From assembly GCA_033762915.1 (NCBI GenBank), contig JANRLD010000105.1, forward strand, positions 1 through 40,644: a stretch of DNA of 40,644 nt, read 5' to 3'. A program made the position numbers and the translations under genes. A model generated the notes under the pieces. The model saw only the letters and a program-made list of their open reading frames with translations. It ran no database searches and was not told the DNA's origin. Every line of letters begins with the position of its first letter. Position 1 is the stretch's first letter. This stretch comes from Meiothermus sp. (GTDB lineage: Bacteria; Deinococcota; Deinococci; Deinococcales; Thermaceae). Below are positions 10,001-18,447 of the stretch, in pieces.

Positions 10001-10182
10001 CAGCTTGGCTCCTTGGCCTTATGAAACCCGGCCCAGAGCGCCGCAAGGCCGACCGCCGATCCCGAGAAGGCGTGTTCCAGCCGTGACAAGCCCGGAGGAA
10101 AGTTCGGACGAGTCGAGGCCAAAAGCAAGGAACCGAACACCTTCTGAGGGTCTCAAAGTGAACTCGCCGCCGGCCCTCGGTC

Positions 10183-10920
10183 TCACGCCTCGACCGGCAG
10201 ACTCGCCGGGTCGAGGTTGTGGTACACGTCCTCGACGTCGTCGAGGTCTTCCAGGGCTTCGACCATTCGCAGCACCTTCTCGGCATCTTCGGGGCTGAGG
10301 GCCATGGTGTTCTGGGGGATCAGGCTCACCTCGGTGTCCTCGGGTTTGAAGCCTTTGCCCTGGAGGAAGTTGGCGACCGAGAAGACCTCGTGGGGGTCGG
10401 TGTAGATCTCCAGGCCCTCCTCATCCTCCACGATATCCAGCGCCCCGGCCTCGATGGCAGCCTCCTGGGCGGCCTCGCTGTTGGCCTCGAGCCAGATGTA
10501 GCCGCGCCGGTCGAACTGCCAGCTCACGGCCCCGGTTGCGCCCAGGCTGCCACCGTGCTTGGAGAAGACGTGGCGCACCTCGGAGGCGGTGCGGTTGCGG
10601 TTGTCGGAGGTGGTGTTGACGATCAGGGCCACACCGCCGGGCGCGTAACCCTCGTAGGTGATCTCCTCGTAGGCCGAGGTCTCGCCCTCGCCGCCCGCCA
10701 TGCGCTTCAGGAGGCGGTCGATGTTGTCGCTAGGTACGCCGGCCGACTTGGCCGCGTCCACCAGGTTGCGCAGCGAGGCGTTGGCGGCGGGGTCGGCGCT
10801 GCCGCCGGAGCGGGCGGCAGCGGAGATGAGGCGGAGATACTTACTCACCACCTTACTCTTCTTGGCGTCGTTGGCGGCTTTTTTGCGCTTAATTTGAGCC
10901 CATTTACTGTGACCGGCCAT
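10183..10920 (-). CDS. yebC: YebC/PmpR family protein
   Basis: MAGHSKWAQIKRKK start, YEGYAPGG, DNRNRT and LEDLDDVEDVYHN. The true start is 10920, not 11043. Confidence 0.97.
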   Translation of the reverse strand: MAGHSKWAQIKRKKAANDAKKSKVVSKYLRLISAAARSGGSADPAANASLRNLVDAAKSAGVPSDNIDRLLKRMAGGEGETSAYEEITYEGYAPGGVALIVNTTSDNRNRTASEVRHVFSKHGGSLGATGAVSWQFDRRGYIWLEANSEAAQEAAIEAGALDIVEDEEGLEIYTDPHEVFSVANFLQGKGFKPEDTEVSLIPQNTMALSPEDAEKVLRMVEALEDLDDVEDVYHNLDPASLPVEA

Positions 10921-11416
10921 AGCTGAACCAGTATAACGGGCCGATAAGGGGGCGGCGAGTGCGGTGAACCCCTGCTTTTCGCGGACCGGAGCTGCCGCCG
11001 ACGGCCGCACCGACTTCGGGCTTTCGGGCGCATCCGCCCTCAACCGCCGGGCGCGTGTCCGGGGTGGGGACCGGTGCGGCGGGCCTGAGGCCAGAGGGAC
11101 TTGTCCGGAGTCGGGCCCGTCCGTATAGGCAGAGGGACGTTACGTCGGCTCGGCAGATGAACAACTCATGGGGGCTGGGTCAGGCAACGCCCGCAGGTTA
11201 TGAGACGGGGAAGCAGGCTCGAGCTTTACTCGAGATTAATTTTTGTTCAGCACAAACATACCTCCCCGCGTCAGGCATCGGGGCCCGTGTCTTTGGGGTT
11301 GCGGATTAATCGATGAGACCGCCAGAGCGCTCGAGCACATCTACGGCCCGATGGCCTAAACGTTTCTTTACTTTCTAGGCACGTAACGCTTGAGATTACG
11401 CAAGAGACTTGCACCC

Positions 11417-12877
11417 ATGAACACCAAGCGCTCAGCCCTCACTCAGTTCGCCCTCAGCGCCCTCGTACTCTTGCTGGCAGCCTGCGGCGGCGGCAACGCC
11501 CCCACCTCCCCGGGAAACGGCGGCACCACCCCGCCCACCGGCACCCCCACCCCCACCCCGCCTCCCGGCGATTCCCCCGCACCCGGCAACCCTGCCGTCA
11601 ACGGCAAGTCCGTCACCTACACCGAGAGCAGCGAGGTCTTCCTCAACCCCGAGCGCGGGCTGCGGCCCGGCGTGCAGCTCGGCCACGGCATCGGCACCAC
11701 CGGGATGGCGGGCGTCGACCTGGCCGGGATGCGCGGGCGCGGCTCGACGGTGATCCAGGGCTACGTCAGCCTCGAGAACTTCCGCTCCGGGCCGATCTCC
11801 GAGACCTACCTGGGCCAGATGCGCGGGCGGCTGCAGGGGCTGCGCGACGCCGGGATCAAGGCCAGCCTGCGCTTCTGGTATACCTGGGGCGGCAGCGGGG
11901 ACGTGCCGATAGCGACGATCCTGAACCACGTCCGCCAGCTCACGCCGCTACTGCGCGAGTACGCCGACGTGATCCTGGCCCTGCAGGCGGGCTTCTTTGG
12001 CGGCTGGGGCGAGTGGGGCGGCGGCTACAGCGCCGACCAGCGCCGCGAGTTGGTGCGCAGTCTGGCCGCCGCGCTGCCCGCCGACCGCAAGGTACAGATC
12101 CGCACCGTGGACTACCTGCGGTTGTTTGTTCCGGGCGGCATGACCGAGGCCCAGGCCTTCGACGCCTCGAGCATCGCCTCCCGCATCGGCCATCACAACG
12201 ACTGCTTCCTGGTCAACCAGTCCGACGCCGGCACCTACGCCTGGAGCGACCCCCAGCGCACCATCGACCGCAACTACCTCCAGGCCATGACCCGCTACAT
12301 GCCCGTGGGTGGCGAGATGTGCGGCGACGTCCCCGAGCAGGGCTCCGACCCCTACAACCGCCGCACTCCCGAGGGGCAGTTGGCCGAGCTGGCCCGATTC
12401 AACTGGAGCTGGATCGCGGGCGACTTCGGCAATGTGGGGCGCTGGCGCACCTGGGGCATCTACGACACCATCAGCCGCAACCTCGGCTACCGCCTGGTGC
12501 TCACCCAGTCGGTGGTCCCCGAGGTCGCCGGCAACCGCCAGCTCACCATGAGCTTCACCTTCAAGAACGTCGGCTGGGCCGCCCCGGTCAACCCGCGCAA
12601 GGTGCGGATCATCCTGCGCGGGGGCGGGCAGAGCTTCGCGGTGGAACAGCCAGTCGAGGCGCGGAAGTGGTACGCGGGGGGCACCTACACCGTGACCGTC
12701 AACCAGCCCCTGCCCACCAGCATCCCCGCCGGAACCTACCAAGTCCTCCTGCACCTGGCCGACCCCTACCCTACCCTCACCGCACGCCCCGAGTACGCCA
12801 TCCGCACCGCCAACAGCGGCCTCTGGGAACCCGGCACCGGCTTCAACAACCTCAACCAGACAGTACGGGTACCGTAG
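11417..12877 (+). CDS. DUF4874/DUF4832-type lipoprotein (putative glycoside-hydrolase-like TIM barrel), copy 1
   Basis: Lipobox LAAC, Pro/Thr linker, and motifs NPERG, QAGFFGGWGEW, GHHNDCFL, GGE, LGYRL and NVGWAAP. Confidence 0.8.
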   Translation: MNTKRSALTQFALSALVLLLAACGGGNAPTSPGNGGTTPPTGTPTPTPPPGDSPAPGNPAVNGKSVTYTESSEVFLNPERGLRPGVQLGHGIGTTGMAGVDLAGMRGRGSTVIQGYVSLENFRSGPISETYLGQMRGRLQGLRDAGIKASLRFWYTWGGSGDVPIATILNHVRQLTPLLREYADVILALQAGFFGGWGEWGGGYSADQRRELVRSLAAALPADRKVQIRTVDYLRLFVPGGMTEAQAFDASSIASRIGHHNDCFLVNQSDAGTYAWSDPQRTIDRNYLQAMTRYMPVGGEMCGDVPEQGSDPYNRRTPEGQLAELARFNWSWIAGDFGNVGRWRTWGIYDTISRNLGYRLVLTQSVVPEVAGNRQLTMSFTFKNVGWAAPVNPRKVRIILRGGGQSFAVEQPVEARKWYAGGTYTVTVNQPLPTSIPAGTYQVLLHLADPYPTLTARPEYAIRTANSGLWEPGTGFNNLNQTVRVP

Positions 12878-13439
12878 GGGTCGGCGGGAAGAGAGATCAG
12901 AACCAAGGCTGTGGGGCCGGGCTTGACGCCCGGCCTTCATGGATTGATGGGGTTGGGAGGTGCTTACGGCCGGGGCGGGAGGCGTCCGACAGGCCGAACC
13001 TGGTTTTTACCGCCGCCCTCGCCCGCAGAGTTGGTCGCGGCCCTCGAGGCCGAAAATCAAAACGTTACTTGTATTACCAGGTTCAACAATAGTGCTCTCG
13101 CGTCTGCTCTCACACGGCCAAAAGCATGTCCTGAACAAAGCGAAGGCTGAATATTTAGCCGCAGATTAGCCTCTCATTGAGCCGAGCTCAGCGGGACTCG
13201 AGGCCAGATGAGCGGGGCTGGCACCGGGCCAGGTTTGCCTTCGGAAAAACCTTGCCGCCATGGGGATTTGCAGATAGGGGTCCGGGTCGGGAGCCCTGAA
13301 CCCGTCTCATGCTTCTACCCGTGGCGGCTAACTTATTGAGGAGACCGCCTCGAGGTTTCACATAAAGCAGTGAATTGGCTAAACGTATCTTTACCCCTTA
13401 ACTAAGTAACGCTCTGCATCACACAAAAGACTAGCGCCT

Positions 13440-14882
13440 GTGAACAGCTTACGCTCAGCTTCGACTCAGTTGGTCCTCAGTTCCTTGGTGATTCTGCTGG
13501 CGGCCTGCGGCAGCGGCGGCACGCCCGCTCTGCCCCCCACCCAGCCGTCCCAGCCCGAGGGCGGCCCCGCGCCTGACGTGGCCGCAGTGACGGGCCGCAC
13601 CGTTACCTACGCCGAGAGCAACGAGGTCTTCCTCAACCCCGAGCGTGGCTTCCGGCCCGGCGTGCAGCTCGGCCACGGCATCGGCACCACCGGGATGGCG
13701 GGCGTCGACCTGGCCGGGATGCGCGGGCGCGGCTCGACGGTGATCCAGGCCTACATCAGCCTCCAGAACTTTAAGGGCGGCCCCATCTCGAGCACCTACC
13801 TGGGCCAGATCCGCGACCGGCTTCAGGGCCTGCGCAACGCGGGCATCAAGGCCAGCGTGCGCTTCTGGTATAGCTGGGACGAGCCCGAGCCCGACGCGCC
13901 CCGGGCAGTGATGATGAACCACGTCCAGCAGCTCAGCCCCCTGCTGCGCGAGTTCGCCGACGTGATCATGGTGGTGCAGGCCGGGTTCATCGGGGCCTGG
14001 GGCGAGTGGCACAGCTCCACCAACGGCCTGGCCAACGACACCGACCGCCGCAACCTGGTGAGCGCCCTGCTGGCCGCGCTGCCCGCGGACCGCAAGGTGC
14101 AGATCCGCTACGTGGACGCGCTGCGCCTCTTCCTACCCAGCGGCATGACCGAGAACGACGCCTTCAACGGCTCGCTAATTGCCTCCCGGTTGGGCCACCA
14201 CAACGACTGCTTCCTGGTCAACCAGTCCGATGCCGGCACCTACGCCTGGAGCGACCCCCAGCGCACCGCCGACCGCAACTACCTCCAGGCCATGACCCGC
14301 TACATGCCCGTGGGTGGCGAGATGTGCGGCGATGTCCCGGAGAGCGGCTCCGACCCCTACAACCGCCGCACCCCGCAAGGGCAGCTCGACGAGCTGGCCC
14401 GATTCAACTGGAGCTGGATTTCCAACGACTTTGGCAACGTGGAGCGCTGGCGGCAGTGGGGCATCTACGACACCATCAGCCGCCGCCTCGGCTACCGCCT
14501 GGTGCTCACCCAGTCGGTGGTCCCCGAGGTCGCCGGCAACCGCCAGCTCACCATGAGCTTCACCCTGCGCAACGTGGGATGGGCGGCTCCCATCAACCCC
14601 AGATCGGTGCGGATCATCCTGCGCGGGGGCGGGCAGACCTTCGCGGTGGAACAGCCAGTCGAGGCGCGGAAGTGGTACGCGGGGGGCACCCACACCGTGA
14701 CCGTCAGCCAGCCCCTGCCCGCCGGCATCCCCGCCGGAACCTACCAGGTTCTCCTGCACCTGGCCGACCCCTACCCCACCCTCACCGCACGCCCCGAGTA
14801 CGCCATCCGCACCGCCAACAGCGGTCTCTGGGAGCCTGGCACTGGCTTCAACAACCTCAACCAGACAGTGCGGGTGCCCTGA
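13440..14882 (+). CDS. DUF4874/DUF4832-type lipoprotein, copy 2 (tandem paralogue)
   Basis: Lipobox LAAC, NPERGF, QAGFIGAWGEWH and GHHNDCFL. Long near-identical DNA tracts are shared with copy 1. Confidence 0.8.
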   Translation: MNSLRSASTQLVLSSLVILLAACGSGGTPALPPTQPSQPEGGPAPDVAAVTGRTVTYAESNEVFLNPERGFRPGVQLGHGIGTTGMAGVDLAGMRGRGSTVIQAYISLQNFKGGPISSTYLGQIRDRLQGLRNAGIKASVRFWYSWDEPEPDAPRAVMMNHVQQLSPLLREFADVIMVVQAGFIGAWGEWHSSTNGLANDTDRRNLVSALLAALPADRKVQIRYVDALRLFLPSGMTENDAFNGSLIASRLGHHNDCFLVNQSDAGTYAWSDPQRTADRNYLQAMTRYMPVGGEMCGDVPESGSDPYNRRTPQGQLDELARFNWSWISNDFGNVERWRQWGIYDTISRRLGYRLVLTQSVVPEVAGNRQLTMSFTLRNVGWAAPINPRSVRIILRGGGQTFAVEQPVEARKWYAGGTHTVTVSQPLPAGIPAGTYQVLLHLADPYPTLTARPEYAIRTANSGLWEPGTGFNNLNQTVRVP

Positions 14883-14889
14883 GGTGAGG

Positions 14890-14933
14890 GCCGGGGAGCG
14901 GCGGGGCCTGGTGGCCCGCCGCTCCCCGGCTTT
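14890..14933 (+). terminator. Rho-independent terminator
   Basis: GCCGGGGAGCGGCGG...CCGCCGCTCCCCGGC hairpin followed by TTT, just after the stop codon. Confidence 0.75.
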
Positions 14934-15068
14934 CTGCCGGTTGGGTGTTGGGGTCCTCCGGGCTGCTGGCTCGAGCCTCCCATCGCAAGATCAACCCTCT
15001 ACCTGCACATGACCCCGACCAAGTCGGGCCTCGGTCATGGCAAGCCTTTCGGCCCGTAAAATGGCCCC

Positions 15069-15452
15069 GTGATCGAACTCACCCTGCTGCGCCACGGGCG
15101 CTCAGCTGCCAACGACGAGAAGGTACACGAGGGCCGCTACGACTCGCCACTGACGGCGGTGGGGCTCGAGCAGGCCAGGAAGCGTCTCGCGGACTTCAGG
15201 GCTGGAGGACTCCGCTTCGACCGCATCATCGCCAGCCCGCTGGCACGCGCCAGAGCAGTGGCCGAGGTGATGAGCGAGGGCCTGGGCGTGCCGCCGGAAC
15301 TGGACCCCGACTGGATAGAAATGGACAACGGCGCAGCCGCTGGCCTGACCTGGGAGGCGGCTCAGGAACGCTCCACGCGCCTCGAGTACCTCCCCGACAA
15401 ACACGGCTGGGTTCTGCTTGAGCACCAGATGGGCCACAACACCCATGAGTAG
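15069..15452 (+). pseudogene. Histidine phosphatase (PGM-like) with probable in-frame internal deletion
   Basis: RHG motif, SPLARA and EMDNG..GLT are present, but the ORF is only 127 aa and lacks the second catalytic His strand. Confidence 0.6.
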
Positions 15453-16110
15453 CCTCGAGCACCTCCACGCCCAGATCACCGCCTGCCGCCTGTGCCCGCG
15501 CCTGGTGGCGTGGCGCGAACAGGTGGGCCTAGAGAAACGTGCCGCCTACCGCGACTGGGAGTACTGGGCCAAGCCAGTGCCGGGGTTCGGCGACCCCGAC
15601 GCGCCGATCCTGATTTTCGGCCTGGCCCCCGGCGCACACGGCTCCAACCGCACCGGGCGGCCCTTCACGGGCGACGCCTCGGGGGACTTCTTGTATCCGG
15701 CGCTGCACCGCGCGGGGCTGGCGAACCAGGCCCGATCAGTGAGGCACGGCGACGGCCTGGCCCTGACCAACGCCTACATCACTGCCTCGGTGCGCTGCGC
15801 CCCGCCGGGCAACAAGCCCGGCCCGGAGGAGATCAAGGCCTGCGCGAAGTGGACGGACCTCGAGCTCGAGCTGCTGCCCAACCTGCGGGTCTACCTGGCC
15901 CTGGGCCGAATCGCCCACGACGCGCTGCTGGACCATCACGGGCTGTCCAGGTCCAAGCACCCCTTCGCCCACGGCAGTGAGTACACGATCGGGGGCCGGA
16001 TTCTCCTAAGCTCGTACCACGTCAGCCGCCAGAACACCAACACCGGCAAGCTGACCGAGGTCATGTTCGATGGGGTGCTCCGGAGGGCCAAGGCCCTGGC
16101 GGGCTTGTGA
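15445..16110 (+). CDS. udgB: Uracil-DNA glycosylase, family 5 (UdgB-like, Fe-S)
   Basis: CRLCPRL, GLAPGAHGSNRTGRPFTGD, RCAPPGNKP and SYHVSRQNT. Confidence 0.92.
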   Translation: MSSLEHLHAQITACRLCPRLVAWREQVGLEKRAAYRDWEYWAKPVPGFGDPDAPILIFGLAPGAHGSNRTGRPFTGDASGDFLYPALHRAGLANQARSVRHGDGLALTNAYITASVRCAPPGNKPGPEEIKACAKWTDLELELLPNLRVYLALGRIAHDALLDHHGLSRSKHPFAHGSEYTIGGRILLSSYHVSRQNTNTGKLTEVMFDGVLRRAKALAGL

Positions 16111-16143
16111 TTGCCGTAGGGCGTTCAGGTTCCCCGTTCGGGA

Positions 16144-16593
16144 TTACGCGGGCGGCGGGAAGTCTTCCTTAAGGGTGAAGGCGCGCTCGCTGGGGCCGTG
16201 CTCTACCAGATAGTCGTAGCGCCCCTTGGCCTCCTCGAGGCTGGGCACCGTGCCCGCGGGCACCCACCACATCGCGAGGGTCGGGCGGCCCAGCGGCACG
16301 AACCACTCGAGGCGGCGGCGGAAGTAGGCGCTGTGGCCGCTCTGGTAGGTGAAGTGCCGCAGCGACTCCCTAGACGCCCAGACCGTGTAGTTGACGATGA
16401 TGTCGGGGTCGAAAGCGTGGGCGGCGTAGGTGGCCGAGCGCCCGTCGTCGCTCTTGAGCCGCCAGACGAAGCCGGGGGTCAGTTCGGCGATCTGGTTGAT
16501 GGGCTCGAGCGCCCGCACAAACTCTTCCATGCGGGGGTCGTCGAGCGGGAACGCCAGCCGGGCGAGGTTGATCTGGGCGAGGTGGTGTGCCAT
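16144..16593 (-). CDS. DUF3291 domain protein
   Basis: HLAQINLA, PGFVWRL, RRLEWF, WWVPAG and GPSERAFT. Confidence 0.85.
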   Translation of the reverse strand: MAHHLAQINLARLAFPLDDPRMEEFVRALEPINQIAELTPGFVWRLKSDDGRSATYAAHAFDPDIIVNYTVWASRESLRHFTYQSGHSAYFRRRLEWFVPLGRPTLAMWWVPAGTVPSLEEAKGRYDYLVEHGPSERAFTLKEDFPPPA

Positions 16594-16757
16594 GCCCCCG
16601 AGGATAGGGAGACTCAGGGGGGTTTGTATTTCAAAATTCTGCTCTATCGGCGGATAGCCCGGGCCGAGATTCGGGCCGCAGCACCTCAGGGACCCTGCCG
16701 CCCGAACGCTGCGCCCAGGTCTCACAAACCCGCCGCGGCGCAACTTATACTCGGCCC

Positions 16758-17525
16758 ATGCGCGAACACAGCGCCGCGTGGCGGGTGGGACAGATGGACG
16801 GGCTCGAGGTGCTGCAGGCCAGCTATGTCCGGCACCGCTTCGCGCGGCACTCGCACCCCACCTTCGCGGTGGTGCTGATTGACCAGGGCGCGGCCCGCTA
16901 CTGGTACCGCGGGGCGGAGCACGTGGTGGGGGCGGGCATGGTCTCGCTGCTCAACCCGGACGAGGTTCACACCGGCGCACCCGCTGCCGAACACGGCTAC
17001 TGTCAGCGCACCCTCTACCTTCAGCCCGGCCTGCTGCCCGGGGCGCACTTCCGCGAAACCCTGAGCGGGGACTCAGAGCTGTTTGCTCGAGTCCACCGCC
17101 TCCACCAGGCCATCGCCCGGCCCACCGACGAGCTTCTGCTGAGCCAGCGCCTGAGCGACGTCACCGACTGGCTGATGCGGCACCACACCGACACCCCCGT
17201 TGCGCCCCAGGCCGCCCTCGAGCACCGTGCTGTCCAGCGCCTGCGCGAGCTAATCGAGGACGACCCCACCGCGCGGATCGGGCTGGAGCAGCTGGCCCAG
17301 TCGGTGGGGATGAGCTGTGCGCACCTCAGCCGCGCCTTTCGCAACGCCTACAGCCTGCCGCCCCACGCCTACCGGCTACAGGTGCGCATCGAGCGGGCCA
17401 AGGCGCTGCTGAGGCAGGGGGCAGAGGCCGCGCAGATCGCCTTCGACCTGGGCTTCAACAGCCAGAGCCACTTCATCACCCAGTTCAAGCGCTGGACGGG
17501 AGTGACCCCTGGCCACTACTCGTAG
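16758..17525 (+). CDS. AraC-family transcriptional regulator
   Basis: Cupin RHSH and NPDEVHTG motifs, and a C-terminal HTH (GFNSQSHFITQFKRWTGVTPG). Confidence 0.93.
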   Translation: MREHSAAWRVGQMDGLEVLQASYVRHRFARHSHPTFAVVLIDQGAARYWYRGAEHVVGAGMVSLLNPDEVHTGAPAAEHGYCQRTLYLQPGLLPGAHFRETLSGDSELFARVHRLHQAIARPTDELLLSQRLSDVTDWLMRHHTDTPVAPQAALEHRAVQRLRELIEDDPTARIGLEQLAQSVGMSCAHLSRAFRNAYSLPPHAYRLQVRIERAKALLRQGAEAAQIAFDLGFNSQSHFITQFKRWTGVTPGHYS

Positions 17526-17528
17526 ACC

Positions 17529-17960
17529 TCAGCCGTCCGCCGGTTTCGCCCTGACCAGCACGGCCCCGCTGCCCGACAGCACCACCTCGCCCTCGGGGCT
17601 GGTGATGCTGCCCTCCAGCCGCACGATCTCGCCCTGCAGCTTCTCCTTCCACTCCGCCGAGACCACCGTCCACTGCATCTGGTACGTCGCCTCGGGGAAG
17701 ACCGGCCTCTGGAATTTTAGGTTGAACTCGAGGCCCAGCATGGCGGTTCGGCGCGAGAAGTGGGTGGCGGCCAGGGCCAAGAAGACCGCAGCGGGCTGCG
17801 GACCGCTGGCGATGATGCCCTCAAATCCGGCGGTCTTCGCTGCAGCATCGTCGTGGTGGATCGGGTTGAAGTCTCCCACCGAGGCCGCGAACTCGCGGAC
17901 TTGCTGCCGGGTCAGGCACATCTCGCCGCCGAAGGTCTCGCCTGCTCGGGCGTACTTCAT
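17529..17960 (-). CDS. MaoC-family dehydratase (hot-dog fold)
   Basis: GDFNPIHHD..A...GF.GIIASG and FQRPV motifs. Confidence 0.88.
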   Translation of the reverse strand: MKYARAGETFGGEMCLTRQQVREFAASVGDFNPIHHDDAAAKTAGFEGIIASGPQPAAVFLALAATHFSRRTAMLGLEFNLKFQRPVFPEATYQMQWTVVSAEWKEKLQGEIVRLEGSITSPEGEVVLSGSGAVLVRAKPADG

Positions 17961-18447
17961 GTCCCCAGCCTACACGCCCAGACCCCTCGAGCCAAACCAC
18001 CCAGAACGACCCCGGCGGGGTCGGAGCCTTCGCCGCACGGCCCAGCAATCCGTCCGGGCTTCTGCCGAATAACCTCGCCTGCGGTCATGTCGCAGGGTTC
18101 CCGCAATCGGGCGCCTCGGCTGCCGGACCACCCCTTTCTCCAGCAGTTCGCCGGCCGACTCCCGCAACAGCACCCCCGAAAACACGGCCTGAACGGATTT
18201 CAGCCCCAAGGTTTTTGCAGAGCACCGAAATCCGCTGTAAGGCCCACGGGCACTTGCGCCCGTGTTTGCAAGGTGCTTGCGCCGGTGCTAAGTTGCACCA
18301 TAGTGAGATTGCAGGACTTCAGCACAGCCGCATCAGCGAGCGGCTTGTGGGCGCAATTGCCCGATCCATCGGCGAGTGCGGATGCTGCAATTCCACTATG
18401 GAGATACTTAGGACCGGGGCGCGGGTGGCGCAAAGAACCTGGCGGAC

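Noticed and set aside
8072..10024. 650-aa + strand ORF and other long overlapping ORFs (2383-4095, 21739-23853, 26102-28615, 33814-35121)
   Set aside because: These are shadow or antisense frames of well-supported genes, expected in GC-rich DNA, and show no recognisable motifs.
10090..10112. GAGGAAAGTTCGG resembling RNase P RNA or the SRP loop
   Set aside because: The region is too short and lacks the other conserved RNase P and SRP motifs.
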